Shown here: piece after piece, positions 27,556 through 41,170 of the stretch | How the letters are laid out: each line of letters opens with the position of its first letter | Numbering within the stretch: position 1 is the stretch's first letter | Assembly: GCF_004010195.1 (NCBI RefSeq) | Contig: NC_057719.1 | Location: 62,612,862 to 62,676,861 of the forward strand | Direction of reading: 5' to 3' | Source of the DNA: Chiloscyllium plagiosum | Taxonomy: Eukaryota | Length of the DNA: 64,000 nt | Program-made: the position numbers and the translations under genes | Notes under the pieces: model-generated | The model's database searches: none | What the model was told of the DNA's origin: nothing | Seen by the model: only the letters and a program-made list of their open reading frames with translations

Positions 27556-29314
27556 AGAGAAACCTTTAGCTGTGTAGCAACACCTGCATATATTTTGCAG
27601 AAATAGGTTGTAATCTGTAGATTGCTTGAGATAAACCTCTTGATAAAGGAGCATGACTCTCCATATGAAGAAGGGTGCAGCAAATTTGTTGTGAATTGGA
27701 AAGCCAAGCTGTTTCCCATGTTGCATCCGATAAAGGAGCATGCCCTCATCGTTCTTCAGACTTGCTTTCTCTTTAGTCCAAAACTAAACCTTTTGATAGA
27801 TTTCTTTTCATGGTCAGAATTGTAGTATTTTCCATACTTGCACTGCTCTTCACTCAGAAGGATTTCTTTCCCTTGGATTTTCTTTGTGCACCAGCCTAGC
27901 AAAGATTAAAAGAAAACAAGATTGTTCAAAACTGAGTTTTAAAATCTCTGATACAATGTATGCATGATGATAAATGTGCAGTATTGCAAGATAATAATTT
28001 GTGGAGTATGGTAATACTGCTTTCAAGGCTTTGAAATATCAGACTTGAAGCATGGTGAGTCTGTGCAGCAGTAGGAAAAAAGACTGATTTCACTTGGATA
28101 TGTTCAACACATTTCAACATCCTCATTACTAATGAACATTTTTAATCTGATCCCTGTCTTGCCTCACAGTGCATGATATTGTTATCTGGTGAAAGCATAC
28201 TGCTTTCTAAATGTAATTAGTCATGATGTGTCGTTGGTAATCTATTTTATTCATCTTCACGTTAGAATAGAGACCTTCTGTGCCTTTCAACTGACCAGCT
28301 TACTTCAGACAAAGGTGAAGTAATGACTTCAAAGCTTTGAATCCTGTAAGGTTTAAAGTTGGAGGATAATTGCATGGGTAAACAAGGTACATTTGGTGTA
28401 GCTGAGGCATGAATAGTGACAGGTAAAGAGAGACTCGTCCTCAACCAGTTAATCATTTATGATGCTCCTTAACCTGATTGGTCAAAGGCACTGCAACAAG
28501 ACTTTGTTTGTGGAGGTACTTTTATTCATTTACAAGAATTGCAAGTTGCGATTAACGTACACAGATGTAGAGAAACTGCACCGTAGCTAAACATTGTGTC
28601 TGCTAGTGACATTTGAGTCCAAACCCCATCCAATGCTGCAGATAGCCCTGCAACAACAGTTACTTTTAATTTAGCACCAGACTGAGAAAGCAACTTTGGG
28701 AAGCATGGGTTTAATGTAGAAATCAGATGATTTGTCTTTTCCGCTGATTTGACCAGTGAGAAATAATGGACAGTTCATCGTGTCAGTCAGAAAGGCCTGT
28801 GATACAGTTTCAATTTGAAAATGCCCACCTTGATGTCTCACTTGGAAGGTGTAAAATGCACCTGCAGAACTCTGGTTGTGATTTGACAGCAAAATAAATT
28901 AATCCATTGAGGACTGGAATAGCTTTGGCAGATAGAAATGAAAGCTGAGTGGTAGACCAGTTGTGGCAAATTCACAGGGTCTTGGTTACTTTGGATCTTT
29001 TTGGGTGCTGCTACCTTACTTAAAGGATTGTGATATGTAATTTACTTGCAATGGGAGGCATGGTGGTGGTGTTGGTAATGGGGTGAAGAAAGTATACAGA
29101 ACAAAATTTCTGTACAATTTTAATCAACTGCAGTCATTCAGCATTCAGTCATTTAGCCGAAGGGAGAATGGTTACGTTATCATTGCCTATCATTGAAAGG
29201 TTGCTGGCATTTGCCTGAACATAAAGAATAGCTTGGAGGACATCATATTCACAATTTCTTTCTGAACAAAAAGGTCAGCCGAAAGACAATGGAAACAAAA
29301 ACACCTTGAATCCC

Positions 29315-29643
29315 TTGTACAATCCCTACAGTGTGGAAGCCGGCCATTTGGACCATTAAGTCCACACCGAACCTCCAAAGAGCATCCCACCCAGATGCAC
29401 ACCTCCAACCCTATTCCTGTAACCCTGCATTTCACAAGCCCCTAACCATAGTATCCCTGGTCACTATAGGGTAATTTAACATGGCCAATCCACCTAAACT
29501 TGCACATCTTCGGACTGTGGGAGGAAACCCACACAGACATGGGGAGAATGTGCAAACTCCACACAGTCGTTCAAGGCCGGAATCGAACCCAGTTCTTGGT
29601 GCTGTAAGGCAGCAGTGCTAACCATTGAGCCACTGTGCTGCCT
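29315..29643 (-). mobile_element. HE1-like V-SINE
   Basis: Reverse-complement homology to 27262-27555. Confidence 0.88.
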
Positions 29644-29699
29644 CTCACTTGTATTGAGAATGACAGAAATCACACAGTGCATTTGTCTTCTCTGTCCTC

Positions 29700-30300
29700 A
29701 AAAGTGGTTCATCAAATCCTTAAGGTTCCATGTGGGTCATGTGTACACACTTACAGTGTGAAGCATGGACAATGCCATATTGCTCAGGTGCTTAGTGGAT
29801 GCACTACAGTTTATAGGAAGCATGCAGAGCAGACAGGTGATAATGTCAATCACCTGACAATTAACTTTTATCAGAGGGAAGCAGGAGAGCAAGCACAAAA
29901 GTTTTTGAAGGGTTTGCAGCTTCCCAACAGTGCACCGTACAATTGAGATCACAGATGTTGCTTCCTGAGTGCCCCATTGCCAACTTTACCATGTAACATA
30001 TCACACAGAGATTCCACTCCATGGTGGTGCAGCTAGTACGTGACTACAGGTAATTCAGCAGACAGATGAAACCCTGGTCAGCAGGCTGCTTTCATTTTGA
30101 GATTGTGTACTGTATATCTGTGTTTATCTCAATTCCCATGGCAAATCTAAAGATGACTACCAAAAGATTGCTGACAAAAGTTATCTTATTGACATGAGTC
30201 GTGTCTTGGCGTCACGTCCCACAGGCTTGATTAGTGTGACCATGAAGATGGTCGTGCTGCCTGATAAGATGTGACAGAACTAACTATCAGTATGATGAAG
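29700..30300 (+). mobile_element. Highly degraded PIF/Harbinger transposase remnant
   Basis: Piecewise translation gives ordered HARBI1-like motifs: FP..TIEITDVA (cf. GFP..GAIDCTHV), QRFHSMVVQLVRD (cf. KGFHSINVQLVCD), PG...AFIL (cf. PGS.HD.FIL), ADKSYL (cf. GDKGYP). Confidence 0.55.
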
Positions 30301-31161
30301 CAATAGTTCTGCTGCCTAGACTACCTGAGTAAACCCTGCATTACTTGCCTAATTAAGTCTCTGGCTTTGCAGAGGTCTGCTGACTGACGCAGAAATTTGT
30401 CATCAAATGGGGATTGGAGGGTGCCACTGGTTATCAGCTGAGATCACTGAAGGAGCAAGAACAGGGAGAGAGGCAGCAACTTGAACAATTCCTTCCTGCT
30501 CAGACTAAACACAAAGACTTAATTTGAACACCGCGAATGTCAACACAATTCTCTACTCCCCAACAGTCCCCCACTCCTGGATGGCAGCGTTGTGAACAGT
30601 GTGGGTGGCAGGAATTCGCAAGGGCACTACCAAGTGCTGAAGATGGAGGTGGGGGGGATGAATGCTGTCATCCTGAGAAAGGGTAGCTGGTTCATGCTGC
30701 AAAGAGCCACTGCACTTGTCAAGCGGTGGCAGTCAATGGCAGAAGTCTGTTAGAGGGCAGAATAATGTGACAAGTCCTTCTGAACCCTCCCAGCCATAAT
30801 TGTTGACTTTGCGGGTTGTCATTTTGAGCTCCGACTGAAGCTTAGAGACTTTTTCTTTCCAGAGGCTGCATTGGAAGTTGTCAGACATGAGACGCTGGAT
30901 GCACAAGTGAGTCAATCATCACTTCCATGCTGGAAAGACTAGCTGCAGGCACCGTGCCCACTTCATGCAGTACAGATACTGAAGACATGATGGACTGAAC
31001 CAAAATCCCGTTATGATGGGATGACCAAGTACATTCTAAAAGTAGAAGTGTTGTCCATAAAGCTATCTGATGGCATTCACTCTCATTCTTTGTGGGAATC
31101 TTTTAAAGTGCATGCATGATATTGCCTACTAGTTTTCCATGTTGATAATGCACTTTTTAAA

Positions 31162-31506
31162 AAGGTGACATGGTGGCTCAGTGGTGAGCATTGCTGCTTC
31201 ACCCAGGTTTGATTCCAGCCTTAGGCAACTGTCTGTGTGCAGTTCGCATGTTCTCCCTGTATCTGCGTGGGTTTCCTCTGGGTGCTCCGGTTACCTCCCA
31301 CAGTCCGAAGATGCGCAGGTTTGCGGGATTGACCACTCTAAATTGCCCTCAGGGATGTGTAGGCTATGGGGATTAGCCATGGTCAATGCAGGGTTATGGG
31401 AAATAGGATGGGGGAGTGGTTCTGTGTGGGATGCTGATTAGAAGTTCGGTACAGACTGAGTGGGATGAATGGCCTCTATCTGCACTGTAGGGATGTTATG
31501 ATTCTT
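31162..31506 (+). mobile_element. HE1-like V-SINE
   Basis: ggtggctcagtggtgagcattgctgc... V-domain gtgggtttcctctgggtgctccgg. Confidence 0.88.
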
Positions 31507-33219
31507 TGAAAATTGCTAACATAATATTCTAAACTATTTTAATAATTCAGTTCAGTTCCACTGACCTAATTATGAATTCCATCTTCAGTTGACCTCAAGC
31601 AATCTTGGAGATCTTGTTAACAATGAATTCATGCAAATGTTACCTCCATCCCAATGCTCTCAAAAGCCCATCACCCTTTTGATTACATTTTGATTTTACT
31701 TTTGCAGGCCCCAGTAAAAATTAAAGCGCTCCATGCTGGATTGACAAAAGATGAATTGAAAGACGATTTCAATAATACTGGTTGTCAATTGTTTACCTCC
31801 AGTTCATGATGCAAATATTAAAGATTTCAAAGTACACATGAGATACATTGGGTTTCAAACACTTCACTTCAGTTTATGCTGACTTCTAATATTGTATCAT
31901 CCATCAGTGCTTTAAAAGATGTTTGCTAATTACCGATTTCACTTTGATCTAACTCATTAGCATGAATAAGCTATCATGCTCCCATTGTATTAAGTAAATG
32001 AACTTAAACACACTCTTGTATAATATCTACTGCTTGCATACATATATTGGTTAGATGTAGCAATCCATTCTGACACTGTCGCAATAGAAGGACAGAAAAT
32101 GTTTCCATGGTTAGGAGTTCAGACGAAGTCAATAAATCACTTTCCCATCAGACATGGTGAGTAGACATTCATGTCTGATTTAATGTAGAGCCTCTTCTGT
32201 GATTCGACATGCAACCCTTGACATTGGTTTCTTTTAGGTATCTTAATGGTTCAGCATAATTAACTAGATCATGTGTAAATTGCCAACGGCAATGTTCTGA
32301 AGGACAAAATGTTTCATGTAGCTTAAAAATAACGTTCCCTTTGGTACCTTCTTTTATCTGGATGAAATGCAATTTATTTCTTTCAAAACCAAACTGTACT
32401 TGTTTTAAAGAAGGTGGAGTACTGTTTTTATACATAGAAATGTATTAGGTAAGGAATATTTGCAAAAATAGTTTTGCAGTGGTTAAACAGAGCTGGTGTG
32501 TGTCTGCAACACAAATGTTGCTGTGCTTAATTCAGAAGTTCAGCTTTTATTGCAAAAGCTGCACAGTACATCAAGGTGAACCTTGCATCAGCGAGATTCA
32601 GAATGTTTCTTCTCTAATCCCAGAATTTTGGCTGGATGTTGTGAATCCAAAGCTAGCCACGAGAATCTTGTGTTGAGCATCGATATTAGCTGGACAGCAA
32701 AATAGTGACGGCAGTGACGAGTAAGAGAATTCATCTCTCATGTTTCTATTGCCAGAATTCTAAAGCAACCAAATGAGATTTGTTTGAATTTGCCTGTGTC
32801 CTAAATGAAATACAAATGACCATCAAACATGAGAAGTGTGGCACAATAGTGCAAAACTACTAAGCATGTTTATCTTGTCTCTTGTAAACTCCTTCTTGAA
32901 ACTCTTCTAGCTAGTCCTAGATAGAAATGAGGCTCCCTTTAGAGTTGAAAAAATATCATGACACTAAATGAAGGTTTGTAGAACATTTCTGATTCTGGAA
33001 TATCCAAGTTTATCTGTTGCTGTGAGCGTTGTTCCAGATTCCAGTTTGGGAGAAACACTGCTACGAAACAGATTTTGGAACAGTTCCCATGGATTGGAGG
33101 GAAGCTGATATGACACAACGCTATTTTCAAAGGGAGATTGAGAGAACACAGAATTATTGATCATTTAGCCAGACCTCATGAGTAGAAAGAATGCCAAGAA
33201 TCGTTTGTATAAAACCTTG

Positions 33220-33985
33220 AATAGCAGAGCACTTAGAAATCAGTGACAGGATTATGCAGAATCAGCATGGATTGATGAAAGGGAAATCATGACTGACAAA
33301 GTTTTAGAAATTTTCAAGGATGCAACTTGTCGAGTTGATAAGGGGGTACCTATGGACATACTTTACCTGGACTTTCAGAAGACTTGTAAAATTGAAATGT
33401 ATGAAATTGAGGATAATGTACTGACATGGCTGGAGAACTGGCTGGCAAACAGGAAACAAAGACAAGGAATAAACTGATCAGTTTCTGAGTGGAGCTCAAG
33501 TAGTGGCGTCCACAGGAAGGAGCATCAAAGATGGCCACCAGGCAAATGTGCTTGTTTTCCCAATCGCTACCTTGGCACGCCCGAGCTTCTGCTCTTCCTC
33601 CCATCTCATTCCCCAGGTGCTTTCCCCAGCACAGCAAGCAAAATATATTAATAAGTTAGATGAGACAATTAGAGGTAATATCTTCAACTTTCAGATGACA
33701 CCAAGTTGGTTGGGAGTGTGAACTGAAGGATGAACGCATGCAGAGGGACATCAGTGTGATGTGCACAAGTTGAGTGAGCGGTCAAAGGCATGGCAAATAA
33801 AGTGTCATGTGGATAAGCATGAGATTATCTACTTTGTAGCAAAAACAGGAAACAGATTATTATGAGTGGTGATAAGTTGGGAAAGGAGGGAGGTGCAGTA
33901 AAACCCAGGTGTTTTTATACACCAGTCGCTGAAAGTTCTGCAGGCAATTACAAAGGCAAACTTTATGTTGGCCTTCATAATGTAA
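33220..33985 (+). mobile_element. Degraded CR1 RT fragment carrying a 100-bp foreign insert
   Basis: VDKGVPMDILYLDFQK...LTWLENWLANRKQR; cagatgacaccaag (DDTK). Confidence 0.85.
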
Positions 33986-36900
33986 ATGGGGTCAGGTTGA
34001 ATCCATTCTTCAGATATTTTCTAATCAGCCAGTTTAGTGCTGTTACTGCACAGCTCTGGAGCAGGTGGGAGCTGAACTTGGGCATCCTAGTCCAGGACTG
34101 TGGACATTACCTCTATCCTTTCAACCAACTTAGCTGGGAGTAGCTGCACACTTCACTGTGTCCAGTTAGCTATAATAATGTTGGATTTAATGAGAATGGC
34201 TCCCTACAACTTGTCATGCACTCAATTTCCCGATCTATCGCATCTGCTTTTTCCGGACTACAGCTTCCAGTGAAGTGTGTGGCCTCTGTTTTCAGAGAGA
34301 ACCCTGTCTGATTGGAAGCACTGATACTCAGTGATTATTATTGTGAGAAACTCCTGGAAGAGCTATTATTTGCATGAAAAAGTTAACTTTATCCTTACAG
34401 GCATTGTGGATTAAAACTGTGGCTCTCAAAACTGGCTGGGCAGATCCTCCTCCATAAGAGACTCTCCTGAGTCTGTGCTGCACTGCTGGCCTCATGAAGT
34501 AAGCAAATCAAAGATGGCCACCAGGCGAATGTGCTTATTTTCCCAATCGCTACCTTGGCATGACCAAGCTTCTGCTCTTCCTCCCTCCTCATTCCTCAAG
34601 TGCTTTGTCCAGGCTTCCACCCAAACTCTTGGAAAGATTAGACAGGCTGGACAGTGAAAAGCAGACACATTGATCTCAATGGTATCTGCAATGAAATGCT
34701 GAGTTGCTTAAAAGCATTATAGGCACTTTACATGGAGCATTTCCATGTTCTAAGTATTATAATTTCATTGATGTATCTGTGATAGTTGATCCATTTCAAA
34801 ATAGATCCGTCAACAAAAAGATGATTGAGAATCACTGGATTAACTGTATATTTTAACATTAATTTTTTCTGGGCAAGCTTAAGTTTAAAAGAAGCTGGAA
34901 GTTGATAGTTGTTCTTAAGACTATTGTACTCATTGTTAATTGAACACCACATGGTCCATTTAAGGAGTGAGCACATTGTGGCAATTACACGTCTCGTGTT
35001 GCTTTTGTTAATCTTTGACAGAATGTTGTAAAGAGAAGTGAAATAAAAAAAGAACAGCTAGTTATTATCAGAGCAATACAAAATGTTCATGACAAGTAAG
35101 TGATAAAAACTGGAGGAGTCAGTCATTTTTGGCGTGAACAATGTATGCAAATGATACCACAATGGGTTTCAGAAACAATGGTAAGTTGTCACTACATAAA
35201 GGTTCCCTATCGATTGTGATTTCAATCGTGCCATTATACTTAAATAAAAAGCAATAAGAAGCAATTATGAATCATTGTGAAAGGTTCACTGGACAACCTG
35301 GAAGTTTGCCGATTTGAAATGAGCTTGCAAGGTGCAGATCCAACAGCATAAAAGTTGCTGTATGCTCGGACGCTCAGTGAATTGATGCAGCATACTGACA
35401 AATTGAGTTTATTACCCTGAGGCCAAATTATTCCAATACAATAGTCAGATGAAAGTGTCCTTAGCTGATTGTAGGCCTACACCTCCCCTTTTAGTGTTTG
35501 CAAAGCAATTCTCTTACAAAAGCAGCTTTTGCCATTGTAATATAAAAAATGTTGTCATGGGACATAAAGACATAATTTTCTGATTTGAAAATGGTGCTTT
35601 TGCTGTGAATGTTTGGTCTTTGGGATTTTTGTAAAAAGCTAGCCCTGTCCCAGCTCCCACAGAAGTCTCCAGTAATATGAATCTTAAAGTTGGACACTTT
35701 GTCCAATTTGTGAGTTTAACGTCTGTTGTCCTAAGCTCTCCTGTTCATTAATTAGACGTAATTCAATGGTGTGTAAGTTATAAAGTCAGTAAAACTATCT
35801 CTAAATTGGTCAGTTCCTTGATCGTAAAATTTCTGAGAGGAGTTGTGTCCCTCTTACATTTCAAATGGCTGCAAACACATCGGTGATCATGAGGCACTGC
35901 AGCAGATATTAAAGTCTTAAAGCATTTTGTTATAAAATAATTTCTAAGCAGTAGTGGTGTGTAGTCACCAAGTTTGTTAGAGACCTCTGGTAATGGGAAT
36001 ATGGTCCAAATGCCAGCGACTGGGACTATTCCCATTTTGCCACTGGAAAAGAAGGTTCCATGAAACTGGACATGGAGCCAACATTTTGAATTGTTCTAAT
36101 CATCCTGTTAAGAGATGTTATTGCACATCTCTGGAACAGGTGAGACTTGAACCCTGACCTTCTAGCTTCGAGGTAGGGACACTCTCACTGTGCCATAAGA
36201 TCACTCTGAAGTTAACACTTGTGTGTGTTTCCTGATGAACAACGGCTGACTTCATTATTCTGAAGAATGAAGGTGCTTAGAAAATAAATCAAAAGTGTTA
36301 GCTCCCAAAATGTAAAGAACACTTGGCATTTTAATCCATCATCTCTGGCGTTTTCTTCACCTAGTTCTTGCTGAAATGTGCCCTAGGGTAGTATGACTTG
36401 CTGTATGTGACTTGTACATTGTAGCTTCTCATTTCCAATTTATGACCACGCTGTCTATCAAGAGCCAACAATATTACTTCAAGGAATTTATAACAAAGTA
36501 TTCTGGATGTATATATGAATAGGAAAGGTTTAGAGGGATATGGGCCAAATGCTGGCAAATGGGATTAAGAGAGGTTAGGATGTTTGGTTGGCATGGATGA
36601 GTTGCACTGAAGGGTCTGTTTCTATGCTATATAGTTCTATGATTCTGTTATGCAGAATCGGGTAAAAATTGAGTTGCACTGTAGGGTTTCCACATTTACT
36701 TGAAACTGCCAAAGGCCAAAATGGAACACAAGCAAACATGTTAGCTTGAGGGGAAAAAAAATCTAGACAGAGCAAGGATGCTAGATTTCCTGCCAAATCT
36801 AATGGCAAGGGCTCAGTGCAACTTTTTCCAAGCGATGTTTGACAGCCAAATTCATAAATTTGGATTTTCAACACTGAGAACAATTGCCAAAATGCACATT

Positions 36901-38154
36901 TTGAGGGACAAAGTGGTGCTTCAGGAGCTCTGTAAAGCCTAATTCAAGCAGAAAAATGCGATCTCAAACCTGGATGTTCTTCAGACTTATCAAAGATAAA
37001 AAACAAAAGGTTTAATTGGAGGATGGATGAGAAACAATTGGGTTGATTGCAACTTGATTCAACTTCATCATGGGTTGTTTAGTCTGTCAGTTGCATAGGA
37101 AATGATGATAGAGGAAATTAGTTGGTCATGACAGATACATTGTTCAAACTATGGAGATATATGCAGTATATCAGTTTACAAGTTGACTGCTGCTGTTTAT
37201 TCTGGCAGCAGTTAGTACTGCTCAAAATGAAAAGTATGAAGTGTGACTGTTGAGACCAGTATTTTGTTGTCCATGTGTAAAATTGTTCTTGAAAAAGTGA
37301 TGTTTCTTGAAGTGTTGCATCCCATGGGATGAAGATGTGTGTGGAAGGGTTTTAAGATGTTAACCCAGTGGCATTTCTGTAGGTCTGCCAGGGCAGGGAG
37401 CAGCATGAAAGGTGACATGGATGTAATGGCTCCCCTCTTCCTGCTGCCTTTGTCTCATTAAATGATGGAGGTTGTGGGTTTGGGAGGAGCTGTCAAGAGA
37501 CTAGATGAGTTGTTGGAGTCCAATTGGTAGGTAGAATGCAATGCAACTATGTTGCACCAGTGATGAAGAGGTTAACATATAATGTTTTATTACAAAACTG
37601 GTCCAGTGTCACCCACGAGCCCCTCAGTTCATGAGCACAAATTCTTCCATGAGCACACAGACCAGTTTGACTCCCTTCTAACCCTTGTGTCATCTTGAAG
37701 TGGACATGGGAGTCCATGTGGCAGAAAAACGTCCTATGCCCCATTGAGCTTGTGCTGGTCAAAAGCAACCACCCAAGTGTTCTGGTTCCATTTCCCGCCA
37801 CTGCACCCATAACCTTGTATGCCTCAGTATTGTAAGGGTACATGTAAATGCATGGGTGACAGTGAGGCTTGAAACCACATCAGTGAAGTGGATTGCGCAG
37901 CGAAAGATGGCTCCTGAGGAGCAGTAATTTCATCGTTGGTTGGGGGGTCCGGTGTAGGGAGTGGCAGAAGGGCATCGCTGTTGCATCTTGGCAGGACACT
38001 CCATTGGTGAGTCTGGCGCAGGCGATGACATAGGTGAATGACACCTGAGCAACAGTGACTTTGACATTAGTTGGGTCTGGCATAGACGGCAGCCAGGCGA
38101 TGGTGGTTCTGAGCCGGCTCGGAGTTCCAACATAGATGGACTTCTCTTCAAATT

Positions 38155-39485
38155 ATATAGAGTCATAGAGATGTACAGCATGGAAACAGACCTTTCAATC
38201 CAACTCATCCATACCGACCAGATATCCCAACCTAATCTAGTCCCACCTGCCAGCACTCAGCCCCTATCCCTCCAAAGGCTTCCTATTCATATACCCATCG
38301 AGATGCCTTTTAAATATTGCAATTGCACCAGCCTCCACCACTTCCTCTGGTAGCTCATTCCACACACGTACCACACCCTGCATGAAAAGTTACTCTTTTA
38401 TATCTTTCCCCTCTCACTACAAACCTATGCCCTCTAGTTCTGGACTCTTTCACCCCCCTACCCCAGGGAAAAGACCTTATCTATTTATCCTATCCATGCT
38501 CCTCATGATTCTATAAACCTCTATAAAGTCACCCCTCAGCCTCCAATGCTCCAAGGAAAACAACCCCAGTGTATTCAACCTCTCCCTATAGCTCAAATCC
38601 TCCAACCCTGGCAACATCCTTGTAAATCTTTTCTGAACCCTTTCAAGTTTCACAACATCCTTCCAATAGGAAGGAGACCAGACTTGCATGCAATATTCCA
38701 ACAGTGGCCTAACCAATGTCCTATACAACCGCAACATGACCTCCTAACTCCTGTACTCAATACTCTGACCAATAAAGGAAAGCATACCAAACGCTGCCTT
38801 CACTATCCTATCTACCTGTGATTCTACTTTCAAGGAGCTATGAACCTGCACTCCAAGGTCTCTGTTCAGAAACACTCCCTAGGACCTTACCATTAAGTGT
38901 ATAAATCACAACATCCTTCCAATAGGAAGGAGACCAGACTTGCATGCAATATTCCAACAGTGGCCTAACCAATGTCCTATACAACCGCAACATGACCTCC
39001 TAACTCCTGTACTCAATACTCTGACCAATAAAGGAAAGCATACCAAACGCTGCCTTCACTATCCTATCTACCTGCAACTCCACTTTCAAGGAGCAATGAA
39101 CCTGCACTACAAGGTCTCTTTGTTCAACAACACTCCCTAGGACCTTACCATTCAGTGTATAAGTCCTGCTAAGGTTTGCTTTCCCAAAATGCAGCACCTT
39201 GCATTTATCTAAATTAAGCTCCATCTGCCACTCCTCAGCCCATTGGCTCATCTGATCAAGATTCCGTTAGAATCTGAGATCACCCTCTTCACTGAACACT
39301 ACACCTCCAATTTTGGTGTCATCTGCAAACTTACTAACTGTACCTCTTCTGCTCACATACAAAATCATTTATAGAAATGACAAAAAAGTAGTGTACCCAG
39401 CACTGATCCTTGTGGCACTCCACTGGTCAAAGGCCTCCAGTCTGAGAAACAACTCTCTACCACCAACCTCTGTCTTCTACCTTTG
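38155..39485 (-). mobile_element. CR1 LINE 3' portion with an internal ~256-bp tandem duplication
   Basis: LYRTLVRPLLEYCMQVWSP...; WQMELNLDKCKVLHFG; tail agtcatagag; segment 38650-38904 is repeated at 38906-39162. Confidence 0.95.
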
Positions 39486-39617
39486 AGACAATTATCTTTT
39501 CATTTTTCTCTTAAAATATCAAATTGGTACCATATTGTGGCGACAAATGAAAGCTTTTCACTATATTTTGTTGCATTGCTCATTGATTTTACTGTCATGT
39601 CTACTTTACATTCAGAA

Positions 39618-39698
39618 ATTCATTCATTCATTCATTCTCATTCATTCATTCATTCTCATTCATTCATTCATTCTCATTCATTCATTCATTCTCATTCA
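39618..39698. repeat. (ATTC)n microsatellite with an 18-bp higher-order period
   Basis: Repeated cattcattcattcattct; this produces the HSFIHS translation. Confidence 0.95.
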
Positions 39699-39739
39699 TA
39701 CATAACTCACTCACTCATGTAAATATTTCTTTCATTTCA

Positions 39740-40470
39740 TTAGTGTTTCTGTCTCTACCATTCATACGGTCAGTGATTTCCAGATTCTCAACATCCTCCG
39801 AGTGATTTGGTTTTCCCTCACATCTCCTGTAAACTTTCAGCCCTTTACCATAAATTCATGCCCTCTGCCCCAACCCCCACCTCCCCAAGTCATTGTTCCC
39901 TTCACCAAGGGGAAAAGTTCCCTCCTGTCTAAGCCCCTCATGATGTTATACATCTCAAGCTCGTCTTCCCTCAATGTCCTCTGCTCCAAGGAAAACACCC
40001 CCAGTCTATCTGATCTCTCTTCATAGCTAAACCTCTCCAGCCCAGACAACAGCCGGGCAAATCTTTTCTGCACCCTTTCCAATACAGTTATGTTCCTCCA
40101 AAAATGTCTTTCCCAAACTAACCTAGCTGTGGCCTAGACAACCTGTTGTACAGATTCGGTATAACTTCCCCTTAAATTCTATGCCTTGACTAATAATGCC
40201 AAGTATCCCACGTGTTGCCTGAACTCTTTTATCAATCTGTCTCACTACCTTACGTGACCAGAGGACATGTACACCAGGTCCCTCATATTCCCGGTGCTTC
40301 CCTTTTGTGTACCTTGCCTTGTTTTTTTGCCCAAGTACATCACCTCACTCTTATCCAGATTGAATTCCATTTCCCATTGATCAGCTGATCAGACCTGCTC
40401 ATCTATATCCTCCTGTGATTTAAACCTAACTTCCTCACTGTTTACCATCTCACCAATTTTGACAGCATGA
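39740..40470 (-). mobile_element. Older CR1 fragment
   Basis: ERVQKRFARLLSGLERFSYEERSDRLGVFSLEQRTLR. Confidence 0.85.
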
Positions 40471-40869
40471 AAATATTTTTCAAAGAGGAGGACCAGGAAA
40501 AAGAAGAGAAAGCAATGTGGGTGTTCAAAACAGAAGAGGACAGGTGATTCAACAGGAATAGAATAAATGAATTGACCAAGTTTAAACAGCAGTTTAGTGT
40601 GCTTTGGGCAGGTTTTATTCTGAAGTTGGAACTCAAATTGCAATTTAAGGTTTGAAGTAAGGAATAGTTTTTGAGTCAAATAAATCTTCTCATCACAATG
40701 AACAAAATAACAGTCCTGTGTATATCTGGAAAAAAGAATCTATTCTACACCCAGACAAAATCTCTTGGCTTCAAAATCAGCAGTTAAATGCAATGTTTTT
40801 CTTTAACCGTCTTTGAAGGGAGTTCAGTGTTCAGTGAAGTATAACTGCAAAGAGGCTACAGCAGTAAGA

Positions 40870-41170
40870 AACCATATTTGTGTGTGGTTTGTGTTTGTGT
40901 ACTGAGAGATGTCCCAAAATGCTTCATACTCAATAAATTATTTTCTCAAGTACTATAACTGCTTTTAGCTGCAGGCAAAGTCAGTGGACAACAGCACAGT
41001 TCCAAAACCAACAATTGAGAGGCAGCTGAAAGGGTAGCTTGTGGCTTTTGGCAAAATTACGGAAAGTGTTGAATATCGCCCAGCAACTGAATGGTGCTAC
41101 TTGAAGCGCACTGCCAAATAAGAATTATGACGCTGGTAACCTCAAGATATATTGGCCTAGATTTTGTGTA
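40870..41170 (-). mobile_element. Possible degraded DeuSINE (SacSINE1/AmnSINE-like)
   Basis: gatgtcccaaaatgcttcatactcaataaattattttctcaagtactataactgc resembles the Deu-domain reverse strand as I recall it; weaker similar patches near 14760-14885 and 31085-31160. Confidence 0.4.

Noticed and set aside
31690..31800. Upstream non-coding FUT8 exon (acceptor ttttactttgcag at 31707)
   Set aside because: No convincing donor follows, and similar chance acceptors or donors occur elsewhere (23587, 35180, 48653); it cannot be supported without RNA-seq.
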